Source of the DNA: Octopus bimaculoides
Lineage: Eukaryota
NCBI RefSeq assembly: GCF_001194135.2
Contig: NC_069000.1
Coordinates: 32,040,150 to 32,104,149, forward strand
Direction: 5' to 3'
DNA: 64,000 nt
Part shown: in pieces, positions 26,551 to 38,620 of the stretch
Layout of the letters: every line of letters begins with the position of its first letter
Numbering within the stretch: the stretch's first letter is position 1
Notes under the pieces: generated by a model
Database searches by the model: none
The model's input: the letters and a program-made list of their open reading frames with translations, nothing else
Told to the model about the DNA's origin: nothing
Program-made: the position numbers and the translations under genes

Positions 26551-27892
26551 TCAATCAATCACTCTCTATCTCTCACATGCACGCACTCACAAGCGCGCAC
26601 ACACAAAAAGACGTGATTATTCCAAGATGATAAGCTGTCACTGGTTCTGTACAATTTGACGCAAAGCCGGACGTAAAGCCGCTACGCTTTTTACCTGGCC
26701 TGCTAACAATTTTACCAGCTCCTCGCCTTAAAAGCCAAAAAATATATTGACAAGATTTAATGCAAAGCACATATGCACTGCAGATAGAAAAGCCATAAGA
26801 AAAGAAATTCAACCAAATCTAGCACCAGTTTATTGAACTTCTATGACAGAAATAGTAGTTAAATTTCTCACAAACTGAACCTTACCGTGGTGATATAAGA
26901 ATTTTCCGGTTATCTATTCCGGAATACATGACGTCTGGAATACATAAGAGAAAAGTTCAAAGCTTCATGTCTTTGATCATAGGCCTGCAGAATTACGCCT
27001 GACCTGGCTAAACAAAAAGTGAACTTTAAATCAATCCAGCAACATTCAATCAACATCGCAGAAACTTATACGGTGCATAGCATTTCATTAAAAATTTAGT
27101 TTGACAATTATATCATGTTTTGAGAATTTGAAAAGAAATCCCATAATGAATTCAACCGATGTTAATAACATTCTCCAGGCTGTTTGAAAATAGGAAAAAT
27201 ATGGATGAACCAGTTCGGTTATAAGCTGAGTGCGCGCTTCCTATCTCTTGATACTTGGTGAATGTCCTTCATAAAATTAAACTAATTTCATGACACAATA
27301 TTACACTTGCATTTCACTTAACATCATTATACACGTAACGTAATGAGGGCAGAAAATTGTATTGTTTGTGTGTGTGTGTGTGTTTGTGTGTGTGTGTTTG
27401 TGTGTGTGTGGGGGGGGGCGTGCATGTGTTTGTTTATAATAAAACACACTCATCGGCCGCACATGCTCAAACTTTGCTTGTTCGCNNNNNNNNNNNNNNN
27501 NNNNNNNNNNNNNNNNNNNNNNNNNNNNNNNNNNNNNNNNNNNNNNNNNNNNNNNNNNNNNNNNNNNNNNNNNNNNNNNNNNNNNNNNNNNNNNNNNNNN
27601 NNNNNNNNNNNNNNNNNNNNNNNNNNNNNNNAAGCAGTATGCATATACTAAAAAACTCTCGATTCAATAACACCGTTTACAAACTCTATGCTTGGAATGA
27701 CCAATTTTAAATACTATTGGAACTTACTCACAAGGTACAGGGATCTTATGTATATACCATTCTTCCTAAATAATGAACTAGAGATACAATATCCTTGCAT
27801 ATCTCACGTCTATTTTCATTCCTCCACTTCACTCACTATTTCATATCTAAGCTAAGCTAGAATAACTATTGCTTAACCATTTTCTCACACCA

Positions 27893-27938
27893 TCTCCGAT
27901 GAAGGGATATATAAAATATCCAGGAAACAGCTGTAAGA
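27893..27938 (+). ncRNA. Hammerhead-like motif with palindromic helix III (ACAGCUGU) and CCGA core
   Basis: tct CCGATGA ag-ggatat-ataaa-atatcc-ag GAAA cagctg TA aga; same family signature as the 55.3-55.8 kb arms. Confidence 0.65.
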
Positions 27939-29477
27939 CCTGTTTCTAAATGTTCTGAAATCTTTAACAGCCTTGGATTTTTATCTGATACATATATTTT
28001 ATTGTTCTATGTTATTATAATAGCGAAAGATTGTCTTAGGTATAAACGAGTTTGGATTGATATTATTTGAGATATATTGATATTATTTGAGATATATAGA
28101 AATATATTTCGATAGTTGTAGATTCTACTTAATTATTTTGTCTGTAAAAAATTTTGTGTTTTTTAAAATTTTTAATGTAACTGATAAGTAGTCGAATGAC
28201 TAAGGCTCCTGCTCATAATACGTAAACATTTGAATTAATTTTTTTACAATCCAGCAATTCCTTCACACGGAATTTCCTCTATCTACGCACCAATTGCGCT
28301 GATGAGGCTTATATATAAGGGAAATGAATGGTTTATATATAAAAAAATGTATATAATTCGAAACAAATTGTTGTTTTTTTTTAAATAATTGTTTATGTTA
28401 TAATATAGTCATNNNNNNNNNNNNNNNNNNNNNNNNNNNNNNNNNNNNNNNNNNNNNNNNNNNNNNNNNNNNNNNNNNNNNNNNNNNNNNNNNNNNNNNN
28501 NNNNNNNNNNNNNNNNNNNNNNNNNNNNNNNNNNNNNNNNNNNNNNNNNNNNNNNNNNNNNNNNNNNNNNNNNNNNNNNNNNNNNNNNNNNNNNNNNNNN
28601 NNNNNNNNNNNNNNNNNNNNNNNNNNNNNNNTATATATATATGCGTGTGTGTGTTTAAAAGGTACGACTTGGTGGCTTAAAAGATTTCCTTCACAACAAC
28701 GTGGTATCGGGCTCTGTTGTAGAACCTGAAATCCTGACCAATAGTTTCTAACACGTTTTAAATCTGTATGAACTTCGTCTTGCCCACTCTCCTCCTCTCT
28801 CTCTCTCTCTATCTGTCTGTTTGTCTCTGCCTTTGTCTCTGTCTGTCTGTCTGTCTGGCTCTATCTCTCTCTCTCTCTATCTCTCTCTCTCTCTCTTTCT
28901 ATCTCTATTTATCTATCTATCTATCTATCTGTAAAGGCAAGTTGGTACATATCTTACGTGTAAAATATACAGTGTCCTAATATGAAAGAGGAAAGCGTAA
29001 ATATAAGTCCAACGCATTTGTGTTTATAAAGAGGCTTATATGGAAGCCAAGTGGTTGACAGATAACGAACGGCATTAACTTCTGTTTTAGATAATTTCAA
29101 CGTCATTTTCCAATAATTGAAAGTTTAGAAGATTATTTTTTACCATTATCGCATTTTCGTATCGAACAGACACCTTGTATTGTTAAAGTTAAAAATAGCG
29201 GAAAAGCTATTAATAAAGTGACATCAGTTTTCTCAGATTTTACTTTGAATTATTATTATTATATGCCTACTGTTAAGCCGGCAGTACTTCATAATATATA
29301 TATATATAAATATATATATATGTAGTAAATCCTCCCAAAACGAAGAACAAACAAAAAAATACAACAACGTGAGGACGTGAAAGATGTAAAGAATTAGCAG
29401 ACGCTCAGGCAAGGAAAGAAAGGTGCTTTGACGTTTCGAGAAAGGCACTTCTACAGAAACAGGGGAAAGTCCATTAT

Positions 29478-29538
<61 letters not shown>

Positions 29539-29547
29539 TACAGACAT

Positions 29548-29580
<33 letters not shown>

Positions 29581-31899
29581 GAGAGAGAGAGAGAGAGAGA
29601 GTGTGTGTGTGTGTGTGAATTTTGATGTAAACTTCTGGTGTTTTCATGAAGCATTCTTCAGATAATGGATATCTGAACGTTGAACAGTGGGGAGCGTTTC
29701 ACGCAACCACTTCTATTATCTAAAAATCACAAGATATTCATAAGCTATATATAATGACAAATATCGAAGAATGGAGATCGCAAATAACTTAATATTCCTT
29801 ACAATTGCTTCGTTATTAAATAATATAAAGATAGCCTTGTAATCTTCCAACTATGTCGGCAAATATTGAATAATTTTCAAGTATTATGTAGGATTTGTTT
29901 TATCACTCATGGAAAGTAAATAATATTTGTCACCATGGTTATGACATTAGGCAAGATTGGTCTTACTGAATGATAATGAAACGATTGTAAACGAAGTATT
30001 AAAATAATTTCCTAAATCCATCCTTCGATATTTGCCATTATACATGTGTTTGTGTATGTGTGTGTGTGTGTGTGTTGCACGTGTGTGTGTGTGTGTTGCA
30101 CGTGTGTGTGTGTTGCACGTGTGTGTGTGCATGTGTGTGTATGCATGCATGGTTGACACTTACATATATAGAGCCAGTATCTGAACTTTCTGTAAATTAT
30201 ATACATGAATGTCGGATGAGACTAATCAGTTGACACCAACAGAAAGCAAGAGCTGCATTTCTCAACACGAAACTTCTTTAGAAACACATATAAGTTACAA
30301 AATGTTTCAAGTATTGACATTCGTTGCTTCAAATGATTCCAACAAAAACAGTCGTTTTGGTAGTTTATCTTTTGTTTGTAATTTTCTTTAGAATATGTCT
30401 TAATTGAAATATTATTGTGAATAATAACATCCTTTGTTTCGTGCTCTCGCGTTATACACAGACATATGCACACACACACACACACACATACACACACATA
30501 CACACACACACACAAACGTCACGCAGTCATTGAAATTTTTTTTTTTGAGCGTATGATATACGTGTTTGTGCGAGTACGAATGCGATTGTGCGCATATATG
30601 CATTGCAAGTCATTGATCTGAACGCTCATAATCGTACCACCTGTTTCTCTTCCCTTGTCCGACGCATTCTGACACCATATACATAGTTACGTGTATATGT
30701 GTATCAGCCGGAATAAATGGTTGTGTACACACATACATTGTTACAAACGTATATCCCTATCTGAAAGTGTATGTATATATGCTTATATATGTATATATAT
30801 GCATATGTATACATATACATTCATATACAAATATATATATATATANNNNNNNNNNNNNNNNNNNNNNNNNNNNNNNNNNNNNNNNNNNNNNNNNNNNNNN
30901 NNNNNNNNNNNNNNNNNNNNNNNNNNNNNNNNNNNNNNNNNNNNNNNNNNNNNNNNNNNNNNNNNNNNNNNNNNNNNNNNNNNNNNNNNNNNNNNNNNNN
31001 NNNNNNNNNNNNNNNNNNNNNNNNNNNNNNNNNNATATATATATATATATACATATTTGTGTGTGTGTATGAGATTCATCTTACAAAGGGAATAAACCTT
31101 CGCAATAATATTCTGCTTCGGAAGTGTTCCAAAGAAATTTTCACACGAAATTCAATAATGGCTTCTTTTGTCAACACAGTCTACAAGTAATGAATCTCAA
31201 TACTAAACGTTTTGGCAGTTTAATTGTGTTCATTGAAACAGGTGGGGAGACACTAATGTATCTATCTATACTCTTCGTGATATTAAGTGCAACGTTCGAC
31301 TCCTGATTTTCAGAATTATATAAGCAACCCGCCTGTTTTTATATGCATCGATCAGAATTTTTGTTGGAGCTTGTATCAATTATGATATACTTTGTAATAT
31401 CCAACTTCACTTACATATATACAATATGCATGTAAATATGAGTGTGTGTGCGAGTGCATGCACGTGAGTGTATATGTATATACAGGGAGAAAGAGGGAGA
31501 CACAAGTAGAACTGTAGGAAAAACGTAGTATGTACGAATGTGTGTATGTATGAATTTATCTTTCGTTGTTGGCATTTATTAAATCACCTTGCAGATTAGA
31601 CGCTAGTCGCTAACAAAGTTGTATTGTTCTTTTATCTTTTTTGTTCTTTTATCAAAGAAAATTAGAGATGGCTAAAGAAGATATTCAGTGAATATGTGTA
31701 TATGTATGCACCCCTCATATATGTGTTTGTGTGTGTGTCTGTGTCTATGTGAGCGCGTGTGTGTATACATATTTCTATACGTATACATAGATAAATGTAT
31801 ATATACATGTATAAACACATACACATACAGGCGTGTATGAATACGTATATGTATCAACCGTCTTTTCCACTGGTCAAAAGGGATAAACATTCCATTAGT

Positions 31900-32240
31900 A
31901 AACATCCATCAATATTATATCGCCTAAAGAAATGAATCCATGAAGATGATCTATCCGATGCCCACGGATACTACGGTCTACATTGCAATCATACGAGGTA
32001 TACGGACTATGATCTCAAGAGACATCTGTTGTATGGAAACGCGCGTAGCGATACATTAGATATTTATAAATTCTGTCCAAGGGTTACTGCTATTATTACT
32101 ATAGTATTCCTACTTTATATCAATACAGCTCGTTGAAACCTCAAAACTGGTTCACCAGTCAGCAATATTAGACTGTGGCCGACATAATGGAATAGGAACT
32201 TTATTTGCATATTGAAAACGTTCCCAGTAAGCAAATTTTA
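31900..32240 (+). mobile_element. Diverged partial copy of the 35.9-36.3 kb element
   Basis: Co-linear similarity (aatattatatcgc..aaatgaatc, gcaatcat, ggaaacgcgcgtag, gtggccg.cata.tggaatagg, tatttgcatatt). Confidence 0.75.
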
Positions 32241-32327
32241 AAGATACATATATATATATATATATATATATATCTTTAAAAAAATATTATATATATNNNN
32301 NNNNNNNNNNNNNNNNNNNNNNNNNNN

Positions 32328-32378
<51 letters not shown>

Positions 32379-32789
32379 ATGTATGTATGTATGTATGTAT
32401 GTATGTATGTATGTATGTATTTCGAGAACGTATGAAAAGTAGAGTATTCGAAAATGCATTGAATGTTATTTCTATTTGCTTCAGAATACAATATCATTAA
32501 ATTGAGTTTTGCATATTTTCTAAATAAAATGAAAGACTACATATTCCTGTGCATGTTTCAAAGCTGAAAGCTATAACAAAGCTAAGGCACTCAATGGCAC
32601 TATATTTTGGAATCAGAAAACAATTTTTTAATGCATTTTAAAATTTGTAAATTTGTTCAATATGGCATAATTTGAGTTGATTTTTAAACTTATGCAATAC
32701 ACTCACACACATAGACATACACATACGCACACACGCACGCACTCCGTCGTTTACAATCAATGGAACATCCTGCACGTGAAATTAACTTG

Positions 32790-33005
32790 CACGTGGCTGT
32801 GCACTTAACAGCTACGTTTACCCTTAACGTAACACAGAATATGACAAGGCTGGCCCTTTGAATAAGAGATAGTACTAATTTTTGCTACTTGAGTGAACTG
32901 AAGCAACTTGAAATGAAGTGTCTTGCCGAAGGACACAACGTACCGCCAGGTATCGATGCCATAACTTTACGGCCATGAACCGAACACCTTGACCAGTGAG
33001 CTTTG
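32790..33005 (-). mobile_element. tRNA-derived SINE
   Basis: gaaatgaagtgtcttgccgaaggacacaacg..tatcgatgcc is the reverse complement of a tRNA-like head. Confidence 0.65.
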
Positions 33006-33009
33006 AGCC

Positions 33010-33087
<78 letters not shown>

Positions 33088-34309
33088 TACACATACACAC
33101 ATACACACCCCCACACAAATACACACGTACACATATACATAGAGTCCAGTGTTTGTGTATCTATAATAGTCACTCATACGTTACGCTGAAATTTAAGAAG
33201 TTCAGAAATTTGACTTCTCTGTAGCTCTTGATGCTCTTTAACTAAACACTACATGAATATACCAAAAAATGTATAGAACTGATACGGGTTTTCGTTCATT
33301 TGAAAAGTGTGCTAGAATATATCTTGTTAACTTTGTGACCTGCTGTTGCGCGAACCACTTTCTGTTACGGAACGATCTATGTAAAATTGTTACTTACCTG
33401 ATTAATTTTACTGGTTGACATTTGCGAAGTCTTCTCTAACTAAGCTGGATTTAACCAAAGATAAATATTTTATAATCTGGTCCACGTTAATGTTAGGATT
33501 CAAAAGTACGTAGTTATTACACAAAAAGGTAAGCAGTTCACTATGTCGGCAGTTTCTAAATGTCTAAATCCAATGGACCAGTCACTGGATAAGTTTGGCA
33601 CAGAAATGTTAACATAGAGTGGTCAATATTCGATATATCGAATTTGAAGTCTCTGTCTCTTTTGAATATGAAAATTTAAAAGTTTAAAAACCTTATATAT
33701 ATATATATATATGTGTGTGTATGTGTGTGTATGCGTGTGTGTATTTAATATATATATATATATATATATATANNNNNNNNNNNNNNNNNNNNNNNNNNNN
33801 NNNNNNNNNNNNNNNNNNNNNNNNNNNNNNNNNNNNNNNNNNNNNNNNNNNNNNNNNNNNNNNNNNNNNNNNNNNNNNNNNNNNNNNNNNNNNNNNNNNN
33901 NNNNNNNNNNNNNNNNNNNNNNNNNNNNNNNNNNNNNNNNNNNNNNNNNNNNNNNNNNNNNNNNNNNNNNNNNNNNNNNNNNNNNNNNNNNNNNNNNNNN
34001 NNNNNNNNNNNNNNNNNNNNNNNNNNNNNNNNNNNNNNNNNNNNNNNNNNNNNNNNNNNNNNNNNNNNNNNNNNNNNNNNNNNNNNNNNNNNNNNNNNNN
34101 NNNNNNNNNNNNNNNNNNNNNNNNNNNNNNNNNNNNNNNNNNNNNNNNNNNNNNNNNNNNNNNNNNNNNNNNNNNNNNNNNNNNNNNNNNNNNNNNNNNN
34201 NNNNNNNNNNNNNNNNNNNNNNNNNNNNNNNNNNNNNNNNNNNNNNNNNNNNNNNNNNNNNNNNNNNNNNNNNNNNNNNNNNNNNNNNNNNNNNNNNNNN
34301 NNNNNNNNN

Positions 34310-34516
34310 TATTATTAATAAAGCTGCAAATATAAAAAAAAACTGGTAGTCAGAGTTTCAAGTTTCCGTTCGTCGGACAGCTTTGGTTGAGAATAGAAAA
34401 TAATTTTTTGTTCGATTCCCAACCAAAACTGTCTGACGAACGGGAACGTGAAACTCTGAGTAACAGCTTTTAGGATGTCCTTGCAGCTTTATTAATAAAG
34501 CATATTACTCTACCCC
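34310..34516. mobile_element. Fold-back (palindromic) non-autonomous element with an HHR in each arm
   Basis: Inner arms 34350-34394 and 34415-34459 (about 45 bp, few mismatches); outer arms tattaataaagctgca / tgcagcttttattaata. Left end lies in the gap. Confidence 0.85.
34425..34470 (+). ncRNA. Complete minimal type I hammerhead ribozyme
   Basis: aaaactgt CTGACGA acg-ggaa-cgt GAAA ctc-t-gag TA acagcttt. All core positions are canonical, stem I 7/8 paired, GNRA-capped stem II, predicted cleavage after GUA at 34462. Confidence 0.8.
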
Positions 34517-34521
34517 CGATA

Positions 34522-34567
<46 letters not shown>

Positions 34568-35649
34568 AATGTGTATCGTCAGAAACAGTCATGTATATAC
34601 ACATACACACACGCACACACGCTCACACACACACATGATGATATTTATAATGAATTATATAGATAACTTGGCATGGAATAAGCTTCAGGTTTGACACTTT
34701 CTATCCAGTAGGTATTTTCATCCATTATGAATATATTATAATTCATTGCAATATTTGCTTCGAGATTCAACTTTCATAGAAAGAATTATTTCACGTTCTC
34801 GGGTTTCTAAATTCATATGTTGCCCGACATACACACCCACATATATAGGTAGATACGCATGTAGGATTATATATGTGCACACTTATGAATAGACAAATGT
34901 ATAGACTTACATATCGTTCACACACACACATACACACACACACACCGAATATTTTGTTATAAACACATTGCAATACAAGACAAGTTTGTACAAGACACAA
35001 CGTGGCTTCCAAAACTACTTTATTTAGCGACACATACATTAAATTATATTTATATAATTGTAGACATCTGTTCCTGTGTTTCACTTGTTTGGCAACTAAA
35101 TTGATCTAAGATTATATGTTGAAGCTGTAATAATTACATTGTTGTTGAGTCATAATAGCCACTTAAAACACACACACACATATCTCTACTTTCACTTTCG
35201 TTTTCTTTCATTAAATAAATTGTATATACTATACAATGTCATAATTTTTCGGCGTCCATTTACACGATAACACGATACAATTCCACCGTATCTGATATAT
35301 GTATGAGCGAGGCAACAAATATGATTCATCAAATCACACGAAAATCACGAGTGAAAACAATGGCGCGTCGTGTGTGAGTGCACGCACATACCTGCTTGTA
35401 CATGTATGCGTCTGTGATGTGATATATGTGTTTGTGTGTGTGTATCTGCATTTACGTGTGCATATATACGTGTGTGTGTGTGTTCGCACACGCGTGTTTG
35501 TGTATGAGAGTTAATTAACTATACATATATTTATCACTCAATTATGTTACTAATAACTTAAATAATATAAATGCTACATCTATAAGCAATTGTGTCTTCA
35601 ATTTCGTAACATATTATTTCAGCCAATTTCTCACGGATAATACGAATGT

Positions 35650-35830
35650 TTTTATATAGCCCAGGCAATGGCTGGGTAATTAAGAAGCGGGCTTGCAATT
35701 GTATGTTTTTGGGTTCAGTTATATTGCGTAGTACCTCCATCAATTGCACTCTACTATAGCCCGTGTGCACAAAGACCTTGTAAGTAAATCGGTAGTCAAA
35801 AACTGAATAGAAGCCCGCCATCTCTGTATA
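35650..35830 (+). mobile_element. Diverged tRNA-derived SINE
   Basis: Same family as 17978-18145. Confidence 0.65.
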
Positions 35831-35869
35831 CATACATACATACATATAATAATAATAATAATAATCCTA

Positions 35870-36330
35870 GGATGGAATTTTTAAACAATTACTGTATCAC
35901 GACGCGTGTTTCCACAAATCACTTTAAGATCACAGCGCGTATTCCTGGGATGATTACATTGTAGGTCGTAGTAACCTTTATAACTCGCTAGACATTCATA
36001 CAGGCAAAAAGGGGGAAACATCACCATGTGGTGCATCCACAAATATTATATCGCTTAAGGAAATGAATCAATGATGATGATCAACCGGATGCGCCCGGAT
36101 AATACAAACTACACTGCAATCATCCCAAGAATACGGACTATGACCCTAGGAGTCATGTGATTCATGGAAACGCACGTAGTGATGCATTATAATTTATCCT
36201 ACATTATATCGGTACAACTTGACGCAACCCTGAGAAGCTGATTCACTAATCAGCATCATCAGACGGTGGCCGGCATAGTGGAATAGGAGCATTATTTGCA
36301 TATTCAAAGGGTTTCCCTTAAACAAATTTC
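35870..36330. mobile_element. Fold-back element (arms about 35894-35966 / 36108-36186) with decayed HHR remnants
   Basis: gtattcctgggatgattacattgtag versus ctacactgcaatcatcccaagaatac; acgcgtgtttccacaaatcac versus gtgattcatggaaacgcacgt. GAAA-CGCACG-TA-gtgat in the right arm. Confidence 0.7.
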
Positions 36331-36418
36331 AAATATATACATATACGCATATATATCTTTATTTGTGAATTATACATATTCGTCACCAATACGGTGTTGA
36401 GCACTCATTTCATCGTTC

Positions 36419-36464
<46 letters not shown>

Positions 36465-37074
36465 NNNNNNNNNNNNNNNNNNNNNNNNNNNNNNNNNNNN
36501 NNNNNNNNNNNNNNNNNNNNNNNNNNNNNNNNNNNNNNNNNNNNNNNNNNNNNNATATATATATATATATATATACATATACGTGTGTGTGTGTATGGCT
36601 ATGTATGTACCTGTGCGTATCTATATGTATATATATATATATATGTGCGCGTGAGTGTGTGTGTCCGTCCGTAATTTGGTCGATTTGGTAAGAATGATAG
36701 AATAAATGCCAGAGTGTGTATTTACCTAACTCGGAGTACATATACAATATCTACTCTGTCATACATATAATATATATTCTTCTCACAGTTTGAATAATTC
36801 GTATATATAAAAAAAAAATAAGCAAAAGCACTGCATACTCTCAATAATTAAATATTTCACCACTTTCTGCGTTTATCTGCAATATATATGTGTGCGTACA
36901 TGTGCACACACATTCACACATATACATGCACACACATGCACACGCACAATTATATGAATGAATGCTATAATTTAATGTCTGTATGTATTCTGTTTTTATT
37001 TTGAGAAATAGCAGAAATTTTCCTTCACATCCACTTCTCCTTCACCTTCGCGTTTCTTCTACAACTAATTCTAC

Positions 37075-37092
37075 TCATCATCATCATCATCA

Positions 37093-37153
<61 letters not shown>

Positions 37154-37183
37154 CATTATTATTATCATTATTATTATTATTAT
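37075..37183. repeat. (CAT)n/(TAT)n microsatellite abutting the LINE 3' end
   Basis: Direct inspection. Confidence 0.95.
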
Positions 37184-38230
37184 TTGACTCGGCTTTGGTT
37201 ATTACTAGTAGGATTTATGTCGATAGCGGGGCACTACCTGTAACCTTAGATATACACAAGCTTTGAATAATCTTTCAAGTGCTCAAAGCATTTCTGATAA
37301 GATTTCAAGAAGCAAACTTTCTGTAGAAGCTCTACAGCGCATTTCAGTTAAATCTCCTTCAACCATTTTTCTATATCGTTACTCACGGTTCCTAATGCAC
37401 CAATTATTATTTGCACAACCGTTACAGTTTTCATACTTCAAATTTTCGCAATTTCAAATTCTAGGGGATTGTATTATTTATAATATTTCATCTCCTTTCT
37501 TTACTATCCTCGAATCAAACGGACATGATGGATTCACTAGTAAGCAACTTAGCTCTTCTTTGCCTACTGTTGCTATATCTAGCTTATTATTTTCTAACTT
37601 ATGCGTTTAAATTGGAAAATTCTATAAAATCTTGCATTTCTGACTCAAGCACTCTTTCAATCTGATGATCATTCCAAATACTTCTAGCTTCAAATCCTTG
37701 TTTTTGACAAAGTTTCTAGAGCAAAACTTTCACAACTTGGTAATGCCTAGATTTCTTATAGTCTCTCTGAACCAATATGGGATATTCTGCAACAATGTGT
37801 CATTGTTTCATTCTAAATTCCACACACTACATTTTGTTGACACCTTATGCCCATACACACATTTTATCAAGTTGTTTGTTTTTACTGTTTGATCGTGAAC
37901 TACTATAGTAAGTCTCTCTGTACTTTGTTTCAATTGCCTTCTTCTCATGCAAGTCCAGGTTTTGTTCGAAATACATCCTCAGTGGCTTTAAAACTGAGCT
38001 TGCAATGGTTTCTTAACAATCTGTTAAAATGTTCTCTTTTAATTTCACTAGTCCTTTTCTCCTACACAACATCTGATCCCCTGTTCTTCATTCACTGCCT
38101 TTAGTAATTTCTCTCTACTATTCTGTAAACATTATAGTAGGCCTTTCTCTCCATATGTACTCACTTTTCTATAGCAATTAAATCTCTTCCACACTGGTCT
38201 TTCTCCAAGAACAACCGGTTAATATCAACT
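37184..38230 (-). mobile_element. Decayed R4/Dong-type LINE 3' region ending in (TAA)n
   Basis: Minus: STKCSVW..IVAEYPIL....KKSRHYQV..KNNKLDIA..CPFDSRI..IIIGALGTVSNDIEKWLKEI..ELLQKVC. Confidence 0.7.
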
Positions 38231-38269
38231 TTCGGATGGTGTCCGTTTCATCATTTTCACCAGTATTTA

Positions 38270-38620
38270 GTTTATAACGTTCTAAAATTTTGGCTCAAAG
38301 CCAGCAATTTCGGGCCCCTTAGACCGACCCTAGTACTCAGCTGGTACTTATTTTATCAACCCCGAAAGGGATGAAAGGCAAAGTTCTATATTTAAGAGAT
38401 GAGGAACTATGTACGTTATTTTCACTTATTTACATTATCTACGTTTGACGGATATTTGTCCTCATCTTGTTTGTTGTTAACACAAACAAGATGAGGACAA
38501 ATATCCGTCAAATATAAATAATGTAAATAAGGTAAATAATGTACTTGTCGAATTTGTACTCAGAACGTAATGACGGACGAAATGCCGCTAATCATTTGGC
38601 ACGGTGAGGGAGCGAGTCTG
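38270..38620. mobile_element. SINE interrupted by a palindromic insertion (about 38385-38545)
   Basis: ...gaaagggatgaaaggcaaagtt | insert | ..gaatttgtactcagaacgtaatgacggacgaaatgccgct; the two halves join as in the intact copy at 19.6 kb. Confidence 0.75.
38444..38512. repeat. Perfect 31-bp inverted repeat with 7-nt loop
   Basis: tttgacggatatttgtcctcatcttgtttgt-tgttaac-acaaacaagatgaggacaaatatccgtcaaa; about 20 bp of further imperfect pairing outside. Confidence 0.95.

Noticed and set aside
29625-29667. Minus-strand CTGAAGA atgcttcat GAAA hammerhead-like core
   Set aside because: Stem I does not pair convincingly; kept only as a weak candidate.
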